64,000 nucleotides of DNA from Felis catus. Taxonomy: Eukaryota. Made by a program: the position numbers and the translations under genes. Positions 13,791 through 25,577 of the stretch are shown here, piece after piece (within the stretch, counting starts at the first letter, position 1; every line of letters begins with the position of its first letter). The stretch is taken from positions 193,566,001-193,630,000 of the forward strand of contig NC_058368.1 of assembly GCF_018350175.1 (NCBI RefSeq), read 5' to 3'. The notes under the pieces are model-generated. The model did no database searches. It was given only the letters and a program-made list of their open reading frames with translations, and had not been told where the DNA came from.

Positions 13791-13803
13791 ACTTTATGGA
13801 CAC

Positions 13804-14169
13804 TGTTATAAAACAATTCAACTGAGTAAATTTGAAGATCTAATTGGCTTTATTCAATAATTCATGAATTAGGCAGCATCCCATCTAGCAAGTAGAAAGG
13901 AGTGCTGAGGAGTACACAAAATGGAAGGCTTTTTATGGGGGTCCTTCTGGAGGAAAAGAGTGGATTGTTTCAGGCAAGGTCACCTTCCTTTAGGGGACAA
14001 AAGAGGTCTATCAGGCAGCTTACCTCACTAGTGCTGACCAGGAAATTCCAGGCTGACCAGTTAAGATTGCATCCCTGGAAGGAACTGAAACTGTGATTCG
14101 ATTAGGTATTAAGTCTTGGTTTGCTGACATCAGGCTTAGCACAAGTGACTCCATTTGGGGCCATTTATG

Positions 14170-14201
<32 letters not shown>

Positions 14202-14212
14202 CATGTATTTCA
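13804..14212 (-). mobile_element. Solo LTR (ERV1-class-like) inserted in MER58B
   Basis: TG...CA ends, 4-bp TSD ACAC, TTTATT near left end (minus-strand polyA signal), internal (TATG)n. Confidence 0.75.
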
Positions 14213-14407
14213 ACACTGAGATTTGAATTTCGTATAATTTTCACAAATCAAGAAATGCTACTCTTCTTTTGATTTTTCCCCCATTTAAAAGTATATTTTA
14301 TACTCTCTCTCTCTTCTGTATTTTAAAAGTATAAAAACCATTCTTTGTTTGCAAGCAGCAGTGGCCAGTTATAGTTGGTCCATGAACCTTAGTTTGCCGA
14401 TCTCTTG
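14213..14407 (+). mobile_element. MER58B-like hAT MITE, 3' part
   Basis: ACACTGAGATTTGAATTTCGTATAATTTTCAC...TAGTTTGCCGA. Confidence 0.75.
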
Positions 14408-14579
14408 TTTAATCAGGATGCTCTTCCAGAGGTAGGAAGGGGGTGTCCCTCTCCTAGGTCAAATGGAGGAGAAGTTCATACTTGAAAAAATTGGAAGTCC
14501 TTTGGGAAGGAAGAAAAGGAAAATGGATGGCGGGAAGGCAAATAGTTATGATCCTTGTGGCCATTTAGAAAACATCTCT

Positions 14580-15031
14580 CTCTCTCTCTTTTTGTTTTAA
14601 TGTTTATTCATTTTTTTAATTTTTTTTTCAACGTTTATTTATTTTTCGGACAGAGAGAGACAGAGCATGAACAGGGGAGGGGCAGAGAGAGAGGGAGACA
14701 CAGAATCGGAAGCAGGCTCCAGGCTCTGAGCCATCAGCCCAGAGCCTGACACGGGGCTCGAACTCACGGACCGTGAGATCGTGACCTGGCTGAAGTCGGA
14801 CGCTCAACCGACTGCGCCACCCAGGCGCCCCAATGTTTATTCATTTTCGAGAGATAGAGACCCAGCAGGGGAGGGGCAGAGAGAGGGGGAGATACGGAAT
14901 CTGAAGCAGGATCCAGGCTCTGAGCTGTCAGTACAAAGCCCAGCCTGACATCGGGCTCGAACCCACAAATCATGAGATCATGACCTGAGTCAATGTCAGA
15001 CACTCAACCGACTGAGCCACCCAGGTGCCCC
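14580..15031 (-). mobile_element. CanSINE (outer element hosting a nested SINE)
   Basis: TSD AGAAAACATCTCT at 14567-14579 and 15032-15044. Confidence 0.92.
14615..14831 (-). mobile_element. Young felid SINE (SINEC_Fc-type), nested
   Basis: CpG-rich body; TSD AATGTTTATTCATTTT at 14599-14614 and 14832-14847. Confidence 0.95.
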
Positions 15032-15393
15032 AGAAAACATCTCTTATTGGCAAAGCATGATCTGTGGGCATGTAACTCTTTAACTCAAAGACTTTATTGA
15101 AATATTTCTTCTCATCCCTCCTACTGTCCTTAGGAAGAATTCTAGTAAATAAAAATTTCTTCATCTTATTATATTTACAATGATATGTGAACCTCCTTAT
15201 AGGTGCTCCCAGGGGCCTAAGAGTCAAGGGTACCTTTCTTGTCAGAGGTAGATACATGAACAAATGAGCCATTCTGAGTCCCTCCCTGTAAGAGTCACTG
15301 CTGAAATAAAGCTTCTGGGACTTAGGTTACTGCCTCTTGGCTGCCTCTGTGGCAACTCATATAAGAAACAAAGGTTTCTATTCTATTCCTTTT

Positions 15394-15440
15394 CTTTCTT
15401 TCAATTATTTTTTTAATGTTTTATTTATTTTTAAGAGAGG

Positions 15441-15498
<58 letters not shown>

Positions 15499-15621
15499 GA
15501 AGCAGGCTCCAGGCTCTGAGCTGTCAGCACAGAGCCCAATGTGGGGCTCCAACTCACAAACCGTGAGATCATGACCTGAGCTGAAGTTGGACGCTAATTG
15601 GCTGAGCCACCCAGGTGCCCC
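15394..15621 (-). mobile_element. CanSINE with expanded (GA)n at ~15444-15493
   Basis: TSD TCTATTCCTTTT on both flanks. Confidence 0.93.
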
Positions 15622-16983
15622 TCTATTCCTTTTGCTTCTAATCTGGCCTCATAATTTTCCCTCCAGGCTTTGAGAGAAAGTTTGATGCATTTCAAAGATC
15701 ACAGACAGAAAGTCAAGACACCTGGCTTCAAATAGCTTCATGGCCTCGGGGCAGTCCCCTTACCTGCAAGATAGACAGTAGCACAGCAAGAACAGTGAAG
15801 ATAAATTGCTTTCCTGAATCTGGAGGATGAGAAGAAGATCTTTTCTAGTTTGGAGGTGGGAAGAGGGCTTTTGGAGAAAGAGTATGTGAAAAAAGCCTTC
15901 AGGGGGTGGTGGTAGTTGAGAGGTCGGAGAAGGGACTTTAAATGGCCAGAGTATGACAATGATTTAGGGTTCAGAGAAGGTGCTGGAATGCTTGAAGGGG
16001 AGGGGTGTGGAGATAGGGCCAGGAGGCGGAGTTATGGGTGGATCAGAGAAGGGCCTTGAGGAGGGAGCGGGTGATTCAGCTGAGGACATTCTGACCAAGG
16101 CTGGAAGGTGGTGCGAGGGGTGAGGACGCTCACCTGGCACTTTGCTGGCCGCCCCAGCTGCGGGCCCAAATCCCTGCTTTCTTAAGTGCAAACCAAGAAG
16201 AAATTCCCCTGCCACAACTTCATCATCCTTGTCTCCTGGCTGCAATTTCACTCATGTTTCCTTTCCCACTAAGAAGGACAGAATTGGCTGCTTCAGTGTG
16301 TTAAGGTAAGTTTATTTCACTTTAAAGTGAACAAAATTGAGTTCATTGACTTTATAAGGCTCCTGGTGCACGCTCTGCAGGCTTTCTCATCACTTTCCCC
16401 AGAAAAGCCCTTCCTGAACTATCTCAACCAAGCAGACAGGCAAAGGGAAGACTGCTCAGTGTTTCCAAAGGGAGTGACCAATCTCCCTCTAGGAAAGAGA
16501 ACTTGCGGTAAGGTAGTAAAGAACAGAGGGCTGTGGGGTAGCGTTCCCTCGGGGATCATCCGAGGCACCATTTTTCAGGCTAACAGGGATTTGGATACCG
16601 AGGCGTGCGTGCTAACAACCTCAGGGAATTGCCTTCCCTGTAGAGGCGTTTGCATGCCACCTTCCCTTCTCAGCAATGGAGCCAGTCCTTCAGTCATCTA
16701 GTTGGAAAACACTGGGGCTGGAAGGGGAGGAAGGCCTGGGGAAAGCAGGTGTTGCCAAGCACATGTGTGTCCTGGGGAACCTGGGGGACAGGGGTATCCG
16801 TAGGCGGCCCTGAGCTTCCAATAAACTGGGAAGGACACTCCTTCCCTGCTTCTAAAAATGTTTGCTCTACCCATGTGACATTGACCTGTGACTTCTCCTT
16901 GAGAATTTAACTAGTTTGGTTTCTACCTTCTCTGCTCCTGCACCCTTTTCGAGGTGCTAGTGCCCTTTAAGAAACAGCATATG

Positions 16984-17200
16984 GGGGCGCCTGGGTGGGG
17001 CAGTCGGTTAAGCGTCCCACTTCAGCCAGGTCACGATCTCGCGGTCTGGGAGTTCGAGCCCCGCGTCTGGCTCTGGGCTGATGGCTCAGAGCCTGGAGCG
17101 TGTTTCCCATTCTGTGTCTCCCTCTCTCTCTGCCCCTCCCCCGTTCATGCTCTGTCTCTCTCTGTCCCAAAAATAAATAAACGTTGAAAAAAAAATTTTT
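16984..17200 (+). mobile_element. Young felid SINE
   Basis: perfect TSD AAGAAACAGCATATG at 16969-16983 and 17201-17215. Confidence 0.96.
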
Positions 17201-17249
17201 AAGAAACAGCATATGTAGGAGAGCCAGTGTTCAGCACAGCAAAGCCTAT

Positions 17250-17535
17250 TGAAGAGCTGCTTTGTGTTTCTGAACCTCAGTGTCCTCATCTATGAAAAGT
17301 GATCATTACAATCTACCTGCCAGGCTTGTTAATGAGGATGAAACGAGAGGTGTGGGCATGTGCCAGGCACGTTCTGTGTCCATTTACATGCATTGCTTTA
17401 TCTAATCCTCCCTACTACCCTCTGAGGTGGGGCCTTGTCAGCATTCCTGTTTTACCAGTGAGGAACTGGAGGTCCCCAGATACATGGCAGAGTTGAGAAT
17501 TAAACCCAGGCTGTGTGACTCCAGAGCCTGAGCCC
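17250..17535. mobile_element. Two MIR fragments in opposite orientation
   Basis: CTGAACCTCAGTGTCCTCATCT and GAGGAACTGGAGG...AAACCCAGG...GACTCCAGAGCC. Confidence 0.7.
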
Positions 17536-18014
17536 CATGTTGTATATCTTGGTACATCATCAGGGTCCAACAAACAGGCGTTTGGTATTGCAGTGTGCAC
17601 AATTTTATAAGATGCCTTTTCTTAGTGTCAAAAGGCTCCCAGAGTCTGAACACACTGGTGGCATAAGGAAGAGAAAGGGGGAATGAAGGGAGGAAATGGG
17701 CAGGTACAGGACAAGCCTGCTGCTTCTCTGGAATTAGGATGTGAGTCCTGTGTAGTAGTAAGTGCTCCCCGGTCTGTGCTCACCCTTTGTGCCTGCTTGT
17801 CCAGTGAAGAATCACACCACATCCGTGCGGCTGGACTCAAGGCCCCAAAGGCTTGGTCGGGGCTGGGCTGAGCACTAGCAGGCTTGCATGCCAGGCACTA
17901 CTCTGGTGTGCTTTGGCTGGGAAATTTAGAAAAATCGTGAGTGTTGTGAGCCTCTCTTACTCTGCCTGCAAAGAGGGGAAACTCTTCTCTGCTCTCCCTC
18001 CTGGTAAGGCTTTG

Positions 18015-18575
18015 TTTCTGTTTGATTATTTGTTAATTCATTTGTTTTATTGAGATATAACTGACATACAGCACTGTATAAATTTATGGTGTGAAGCATG
18101 ATGGTTTGACTTACATATATTATGAAATGATTACCACAATACACTTAGTTAACATCTATCTTCTCATATAGATACAGTGTTTTTCCTTTTGATGAGAACT
18201 CTTTTTTAAAAATATTTTTTTTTGAGAGAGGGAGAGAGACAGAACATGAGCAGGGGAGGAGTAGAGAGAGAGGAAGACACAGAATCTGAAGCAAGCTCCA
18301 GGCTCTGAGCCATTAGCACAGAGCCTGATGCAGGGCTTGAACCCACAAACCATGAGATCATGACCTGAGCTGAAGTCGGATGCTCAGCTGGCTGAGCCAC
18401 CCAGGTGCCCCTCTTGTAATGAGAACTCTTAGGATTTATTTTTAACAACGTTCAAATTGGGCATGCAGGGTGTTGACTATAGTCATCATGTTGTGCATTA
18501 TTATATCCCTAGTATTTAATTATTTTATGACTGAAGTTTGCACCTTTTGACCCCTTCATTCCATCTCCTCTCTCT
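18015..18575 (-). mobile_element. L1 3' end (carnivore/L1MA-type), interrupted by a SINE
   Basis: TTTTATTGAGATATAACTGACATA...GAGAACTCTTAGGATTTA. Confidence 0.88.
18204..18411 (-). mobile_element. CanSINE
   Basis: ATGAGAACTCTT duplicated on both flanks. Confidence 0.93.
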
Positions 18576-18589
18576 GATGTCTTTTTCAG

Positions 18590-19285
18590 CCTCCCAGGTG
18601 TTCCTGGTCCACATTACACTAAGCAGTGGGCTTGGCTATAACTCAACTCTCTTGCCTGGGTGGAGGTAGATTGGGCTCCTGGGTCAGCAGATCTGTTTGC
18701 TCAAGGATCCAAATCAGGCAGACTACACCTCACTGAGTTTCCTGGTCAGACTGTGCCACTGAGTTGGCTCTGCAGATGAGCAAAACCACTGGTTGGGACA
18801 ACTCCTTGAGTTCTGTAGGTAGGAGCTCAGTTTGCCAACACTGAACACCAGCTGTGGCAAGGCCCCCTCTCCTTCATCACAGTCAGATTCCCAGTGGTCA
18901 AGCCCTGCAGATTCTATCCCTCCATCCCACAATCTTTGTGGGATAGGACTGGAACTGGGGGCTCCCAAGAAGGAATCCATTATACTAGGTGAGCTGGATG
19001 TCCACCCTCAGCTCTCTTTTCCTGCTGGAGGAATCAGAGACTTGGGAGACGTCTCGGTGTAGCACTGCACAGGTCTACAACAGGGGCTGGGCAGTTAGCC
19101 AGTTGCCACTCCTCTTACCCTTCTCATGTGGTCTTTCTTGGTCTTTGTGGTACCAGGCAATTCTTCAGCCTCACCCATGTTCTAGGATTTTCTCAGTGGT
19201 GTCTTGTCCATGAAGAGTTTTTTGTTCTTTCTGGGAAGTAGAGCTAAGTCAGGAATGACCTAGTCACCGTCTTGGTAACATCCCT
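18590..19285 (-). mobile_element. L1 5'UTR remnant
   Basis: minus strand begins GGGATGTTACCAAGACGGTGAC, resembling the L1 5' terminus (CAAGATGGCG); body resembles old L1 5'UTRs. Confidence 0.65.
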
Positions 19286-20429
19286 TAAGGTTTTGAATGG
19301 CTAGTGCCAGTTTGGAGGTGAGGAAGTATGTGTTAGGAAAACAACATCCATAGTAGGAAGAGAAGAATAGTTGAGGTTGATTACTCAACTCCTTTAGCTT
19401 TTTATTCATCCACTAAATACATATTGACTTAGTACCTAGTTTATGCCAGTCCTAGTGTTAAGAACAGTGGTGATGTGAGCAAGATAAAGTCCCGGTCCTC
19501 AGGAAGTTTATTCCAGGGACAGATACTCAAACAGAGTATGATACACAGCCTCTGCAGTCAGGTTGCAAAGTGCTATGAGAAGAGAGCATCATTATGACAG
19601 CTGGATAGATTCTGACAAACCTCAGCCACAAGAATACATTTATCCCTTGTGCCAGGCAGGGAATGAACTAGTGCTTTTCATTAGAACCAGCCCCCAAGTT
19701 ATTTGGGTAAGAGGCAGAAAAACAAAGAAGTCAAGATTACAGTGTGGATTTCACTTAGTTTTTATACATTTGCAGGAGGACTGGAGGACAGGCTACCCTC
19801 TTACTTTCTACAGTCCCACATCTATGTCGGGGAAATGATCACAGACTCCTTAGTCATTCCAGATGGACCAACTTTGGAGCAATTCAAAGACAAGCATTTC
19901 TAATCTCAAATGTAAGGACACAGGGCCCAGAGGGATGTGTCCAGGGTCATGTGAGAAAGATACATTATACTCAAGTCCTAGGATATTGCATTTTGGTATT
20001 TCAGAGATTTTAAAAAGCCAAAGGGTTTGAGGGTTTTATGTTTTATGAACCAAAATAGCCATTTTACTCAAGTTCTCATGCCTCCAGCAATGTGGTAGTT
20101 GAGCCCTGGTAATATGTATAAACTGCCCAATAACCCTGGATAGCAGCAGGTCTGGGGAAACAAAGCCATTACTCTGAAGTGTCGTAGGGGTCAGCCTGAA
20201 GGTATCAAAGTGATAAAGCTTAATACTCTCTCCTCAACCAGAGACATAAACTCAAGACCTGGAATGCTGCTACCATTTGTCCAGAGCGTGGCATCAAAAT
20301 ACACCTTCCTTCCCAGAATGGCTGCCTCAATTCCCTGTTACTATCAGCTTTATTGGTGAGGAAATCAAATCATAGCAATGAAATCCCAGTGTCAATTACT
20401 ATATTCAACAAGGATAATGTATGATGATT

Positions 20430-21130
20430 AATATTCATTAATTCAACACATTTATTGGATTCTTAGGTGAAGGGCACTGTTGGAGGGACTGAGAATATAG
20501 CAGTGAACAAAAAACTCTTTGGCCTAATGGAGTCTGTATTATAGAGAAGGGAGACACATGGATAAATAAAAATGCATGTTTTCAGACAGTAATAAATGCT
20601 AATAAAGAAAAATAGAGTAAAAACAGACAAATAAGAAGGGAGAAAGAGTCCCTTTAGGTAGGTATCAGGAACAGCCTCTTGAGGAGAGATCATTTGAACA
20701 GGGTCTGAGTGAAATAAGGCATCAGGAGGAAAGCTTTCCAGGAAATAAAAACAGCAGGTGGAAAAACCCTGAGGCTGGTGCGAGCCAGGTGTAGTGTTCT
20801 GGCAAAGCAGAAATGGCAGAGTGGCTGAGGTAGAATGAACAAAAGATACAGAAGCAGGAAATGAAGTTGGAAGGATGGCCAGGAGCCAGACCTTGCAGGG
20901 GTTTGAAGATCATAGGAAGAACTTACGTTTATAAAAAGTGTAGCGGGAAGCCATTCGAGGGCTGGATCTGCAGAGCTGCATGATCTGATTTACTCTGAAA
21001 AGATCATTTAGCTTCTGTGGTGGGAATGGACGGTAGCAAGAACAAGGTGAGAGGTTGATGAACTGCAGTCTTCGTGAAATCAGTGGGAGTGCTGAGATGG
21101 AGAGGTGATGTATGCCTGGGGTGAGGAGCA
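20430..21130. mobile_element. L2 LINE fragment
   Basis: ATTCAACACATTTATTG...CAGTGAACAA...GGAAGCCATT...ATGATCTGATTTA. Confidence 0.85.
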
Positions 21131-21304
21131 GTAGGTGCGGGGAGGGAGGGGGCACCCATGCCGGTGTCCCCACCTTGGGCGGAAGTTCAGGCCAGCAGCC
21201 AGACTACCACTCCTGAGATGTTTGACTGTGTGTAAGTCACTCAACTGGGGTATCAACTTCCTCATTCTTTCAAGTGGAGAAAAGGACCTTGTAGAGATTT
21301 TTAA

Positions 21305-21520
21305 TTTTTTTTTCAACGTTTTTTTATTTATTTTTGGGACAGAGAGAGACAGAGCATGAACGGGGGAGGGGCAGAGAGAGAGGGAGACACAGAATCGGAA
21401 ACAGGCTCCAGGCTCTGAGCCATCAGCCCAGAGCCTGACGCAGGGCTCGAACTCACGGACCGCGAGATCGTGACCTGGCTGAAGTCGGACGCTTAACCGA
21501 CTGCGCCACCCAGGCGCCCC
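21305..21520 (-). mobile_element. Young felid SINE
   Basis: perfect TSD TGTAGAGATTTTTAA at 21290-21304 and 21521-21535. Confidence 0.96.
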
Positions 21521-21535
21521 TGTAGAGATTTTTAA

Positions 21536-21754
21536 ATTATTTTTTTTAATGTTTATTTTTGAGAGTGAGACAGAGCACGAGAAGGGGAGGGGCAGAGAGG
21601 GGCAGAGAGAGAGAGGGAGACACAAAATCAGAAGCAGGTTCCAGTGTCTGAGCTGTCAGCACAGAGCCCGACGCAGGGCTCGAACTCACGAGCCATGAGA
21701 TCATGACCTGAGCCAAAGTCGGATGCTCAACCGACTGAGCCACCCAGGCACCCC
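21536..21754 (-). mobile_element. CanSINE (older)
   Basis: imperfect TSD AAGGACCT(T/C)GTAGA(G/A)ATTTT. Confidence 0.93.
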
Positions 21755-22920
21755 AAGGACCTCGTAGAAATTTTCAGGTGTCACAAGAGACAACATGTCA
21801 CCTGCCACATAAACGTTCCACGGTGTGAGCCATCGGTTAGCCCACGTCTCTGGGCTCAGCCTCTGAAACAAGCTGAAGTGCAGAGAGAAAGAGCAGGTTG
21901 TGCTCAACTACCCAACTTGTTACTAGAAGACCTGGACCCGACTCCTATTTTCTCATCTCATTCCCTGAGCAGCCCTGTGTCAGGATGGAAAGGGTGGAGA
22001 GGACTGTGAGGGCAGGGGAGGTTAGGGAAGGCTCAGAGAGGCTTTACAACTTGAATTGGGCCCTTTTCTCCCAGTCCCCTCTGTTGGAGGGTGAAGTGTG
22101 GGAAATCAGGCAACAGTGGATACATCATGAAGTCACTGCTCATTCCCCAGATGGTGGTTCTCTATACCAAGCTACCACCTCTGTCCCAAGTTAGAAGAGG
22201 TTGGATGGCTCCATCCCTGCCGTGTAGTTGCCTCTGCCCAGGCTGTGTGTGTGTGTGTGTGAGAGAGGGTGGGTGGTGTTTCTTCTTACTGAGTTGCCTC
22301 ACTAGTATTGCTTTCTTCTGTCATTGACTGCCCAAACATACTGCCTCGAATCCTAGCATACTAGTCCAACCTGCTCAGTGTACAAATGAGGAAACGGAAG
22401 CCTAGAGACCAGGGACTTACCTGAATCAGAGGCAGAGCTAGGAATAGTCTTCAAATTTCTTCATTCCTAACCCAGTGCCTATTCCATTTCCCCATTCTGT
22501 TGCACGATTGATGATCTGGCCCTCTTTTCATCTTCTGCAAAGATGGAACAGTAGAGATACAAAGAGGGCTTAAGGAATGATGATGGGGTGAGGGCAGCCA
22601 ATGGATAAAGTGGGAGAGAAATCATCTTCATAAAGCCTGAACAGTGAGTTAGTGACTGTCTGAAGTGAGGATAAGTCCTACCATTTTTCTCAACATCCTT
22701 CTTTCAGTTACCCTTTGTCATTTTGTATTGCTGACACATAGCCCCATGTTGCATAATCTCTCTCCTTGAGGGATGGCGTGAAGAGGTCATTTATCCTTCT
22801 CTCCAGTCAGCACCAGGACCAGGTGGATCCTGGCAGATGGATCACTAGCAGGGATTGGAAGTTAAGTCAGCGAAAGCCTAGCCAGAAAAGGAAGAGTGTA
22901 GTGTCTAAAAAGGCAGGACT

Positions 22921-23183
22921 TCAGAAACTTAACAGAAACCTGTGGGGGAGGGGAAGGGAAAAAAAAAAGAGGTTAGAGTGGGAGAGAGTCAAAGCATAAG
23001 AGACTCTTAAAAACTGAGAACAAACTGATGGCTGATGGGGGATGGGAAGGAGGGGAGGGTGGGTGATGGGTATTGAAGAGGGCATCTTTTGGGATGAGCA
23101 CTGGGTGTTGTATGGAAACCAATTTGACAATAAATTTCATATATTAAAAAAGTAAAATAAATAAAATAAATAAATAAATAAAT
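22921..23183 (+). mobile_element. Felid-type L1 3' tail
   Basis: GAGCACTGGGTGTTGTATGGAAACCAATTTGACAATAAA, (AAAT)n tail, AGGCAGG(A/G)CTT flanks. Confidence 0.92.
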
Positions 23184-24409
23184 AGGCAGGGCTTTTGTCC
23201 AAGCGTCTCCCCTTTCTACTTCTTCCCAGCTGACAAGTCATCTACACCACGTTTCAAGCTTCCAAGGGCTCCTCATATGTCAGGCAGAAATAAGAATTCT
23301 AAGTCTGCCTGAAGCGAGGCGTTAAGGTAGAGACTACATGCTCCCAGGCTGAGAGCTAGGGGCTCAGTGGACATATTGAAACAGAAGCAGAAAAGGAGCA
23401 GAAGGAACATAGGTTCTCGAGCCAGAACCTGTGTTTCAAAACCTAGCTGTGCACTCACCAACCCAGTGCAGTGTCTCTGGGAAAAGCCACTTGTTGCCTG
23501 AGTTTCCTCAACTGAAAATGGAGACAACCTCGATAACCCTACCTCTTGGGTTCTTGTTTGCCTTGGTTAGTTGAGAATTATAAAACTATTAGCCACAATT
23601 ACCACCACCATTATCATTACTATTTTTTTCGTAATATTCAAGAACTCTTGGGATCATTCTTCCACCTACGATGAAAATCGGGGGGTGGGGGGGGAATGCT
23701 CACCGTTCAATGCTACCTTAAATGGTTCTTCTCTTGTGAGGTGTTCATCCCTTGCTCTCACCCTTGCAAATAAGAAGCAGAAGTACCCTTCCTCTAAACT
23801 TACAGAACACTTGACTCCTACCACCATCGTAGCACATACTATGTGAAATCATGTCACAGGTGGTCACTTTCTCAGTGCTCCTTGAGGGCAGGGCCCGACC
23901 TTTCAATTGTAGTCCTGGTTTTTGTCAGCCAGATGGAGCTAAGTCTATAGACCCGGGAGTCAGACCAATCAGACTGTGGTCTTTCCCAGTTTCATGGTCT
24001 TTATGTATATTATTCTCAAAGGATAATTTTCAAAAATGAAAAAAAAATCATATTTGTAACAGAAATATACAGTGAACACACATCAGAGATATATTATCTT
24101 ATTAAAGAAGAACTCAGTAGGATGACTAAAGCTCAGTGAACAAAGGACCTGAGAACTGGTATATAGTAGCTGAAAAGTAAAAACGCTGAAGGGAGATAAG
24201 TTGTATGCGAAGTAGTAGATGTGCCCACAGGGCAGTAAAACTATACTCCTGGGGTTCTTTTTTCTACTGGACAAATATTCGCTCTTTCCCAGACAGAAGG
24301 CCTTTGTAACTTCTACATCTTCCACAAATGACTATCTAACATGGAAGAGTCTGGGCCTAATTAACGGTCATTTTAGAACAAAGAGGAACATTTATCTTAA
24401 GAATCAGAT

Positions 24410-24588
24410 GGGGCATCTGGGTGGCTCAGTCAGTTGAGCATCCAACTCTTGATTTCTGCTCAGGTATGATCTCACAGTTGTGAGATCGAGCCCCCACGTG
24501 GGGCTTTGCCCTGAGTATGGACCCTGCTTAAGATTCTCTCCTTCTGCCCACCACCCCCCCCAAATAAATAAATGAACATTTAAAAAAA
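24410..24588 (+). mobile_element. CanSINE
   Basis: GGGGCATCTGGGTGGCTCAGTCAGTT head; AAGAATCAG flanks. Confidence 0.92.
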
Positions 24589-24679
24589 GAATCAGGTAGA
24601 TAGTGGGTCAGGTAGATAGTGCCCTAGAATTGAAAGGGCACAGGTCATCCTTTTCCCTTATTTCCAAGTTTTGGATAAT

Positions 24680-25060
24680 TTTAAATCATTATTAACCTCT
24701 CTAAGCCTCAGTTTCTATATTTGTAAAATGGGGGTAACAATACCTATATTCCAGAGGTGGTTTTGTGTTTAAATGAGACAAGGTATGTAGGGTACCCAGC
24801 ACATTGTCTGCTGTGTTGGCAAAGGGCTAGAACTTAAGGTCCAGACTTTGGAAGGAAAGTTGACAATAGAATGTCTACTATGTGTCAGATACAATTCTGT
24901 ATGCTTTATATATGCTGACATATATTCCATTTATCCTCAGAACAGGACTGTCAGGGGGGTATTAGTTAGCTCCAGTTTATATGCAAGGAAATTTTGATTA
25001 CCAGGAATTAAGTGACTTGCCTGAAGATGTCAGAACCAGGGAGTACAGAGTAGGTCTGTC
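24680..25060. mobile_element. MIR fragments
   Basis: AGCCTCAGTTTCTATATTTGTAAAATGGG and TTAAGTGACTTGCC. Confidence 0.75.
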
Positions 25061-25476
25061 CATAAATGTTGCTGCATCTTTAAAAGAAAAAAACAAATCA
25101 CAAGACAAAGATCTTCAACAGCATTTACACTGAACTCGAATTTGATTAGAAGCATTTTCATTTTCAGGTTATTCATCCAGATTTCATGCCTTCCTTTACT
25201 CCCTCCCACCCAATCCCACCCCTAAACCAAAAAGCTTTTTTTTTCTCTTTACCATTCATTTAGCACTTCAAAGCAGGAAGGATGTGCTTCTGAGTGAAAC
25301 ACTGTGATGGCAAAATGACACTCCATTTTCCAGGAGCCCTAACAAAGCCTTTTGATTTGAATGTCAATGCTGTGAGGATATGATTGAATGTGAGATTCAC
25401 TTTTACATTTCCCAGCTGCAAAATAAGTTGTACAGTTCAATTAGTTTGCCAAGTGTCTAAGGATGCGGCCCAAAAA

Positions 25477-25494
25477 GTTGCTATGGTGACGTGA
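25477..25494. promoter_or_regulatory. RFX X-box-like motif overlapping a CRE-like site
   Basis: GTTGCTATGGTGAC followed by GTGA (TGACGTGA); motif match only. Confidence 0.4.
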
Positions 25495-25577
25495 CTAATG
25501 AGAATGGCGTTGGCATTGGGGTTGGAACCCAGTGAATTTCCAGGACTGAAGCTGGAAGGGTTACATGGTGGGAGGAC

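Noticed and set aside
16984..17070. tRNA gene
   Set aside because: A/B-box-like sequence is the tRNA-derived head of a CanSINE, followed by the CT tract and A tail
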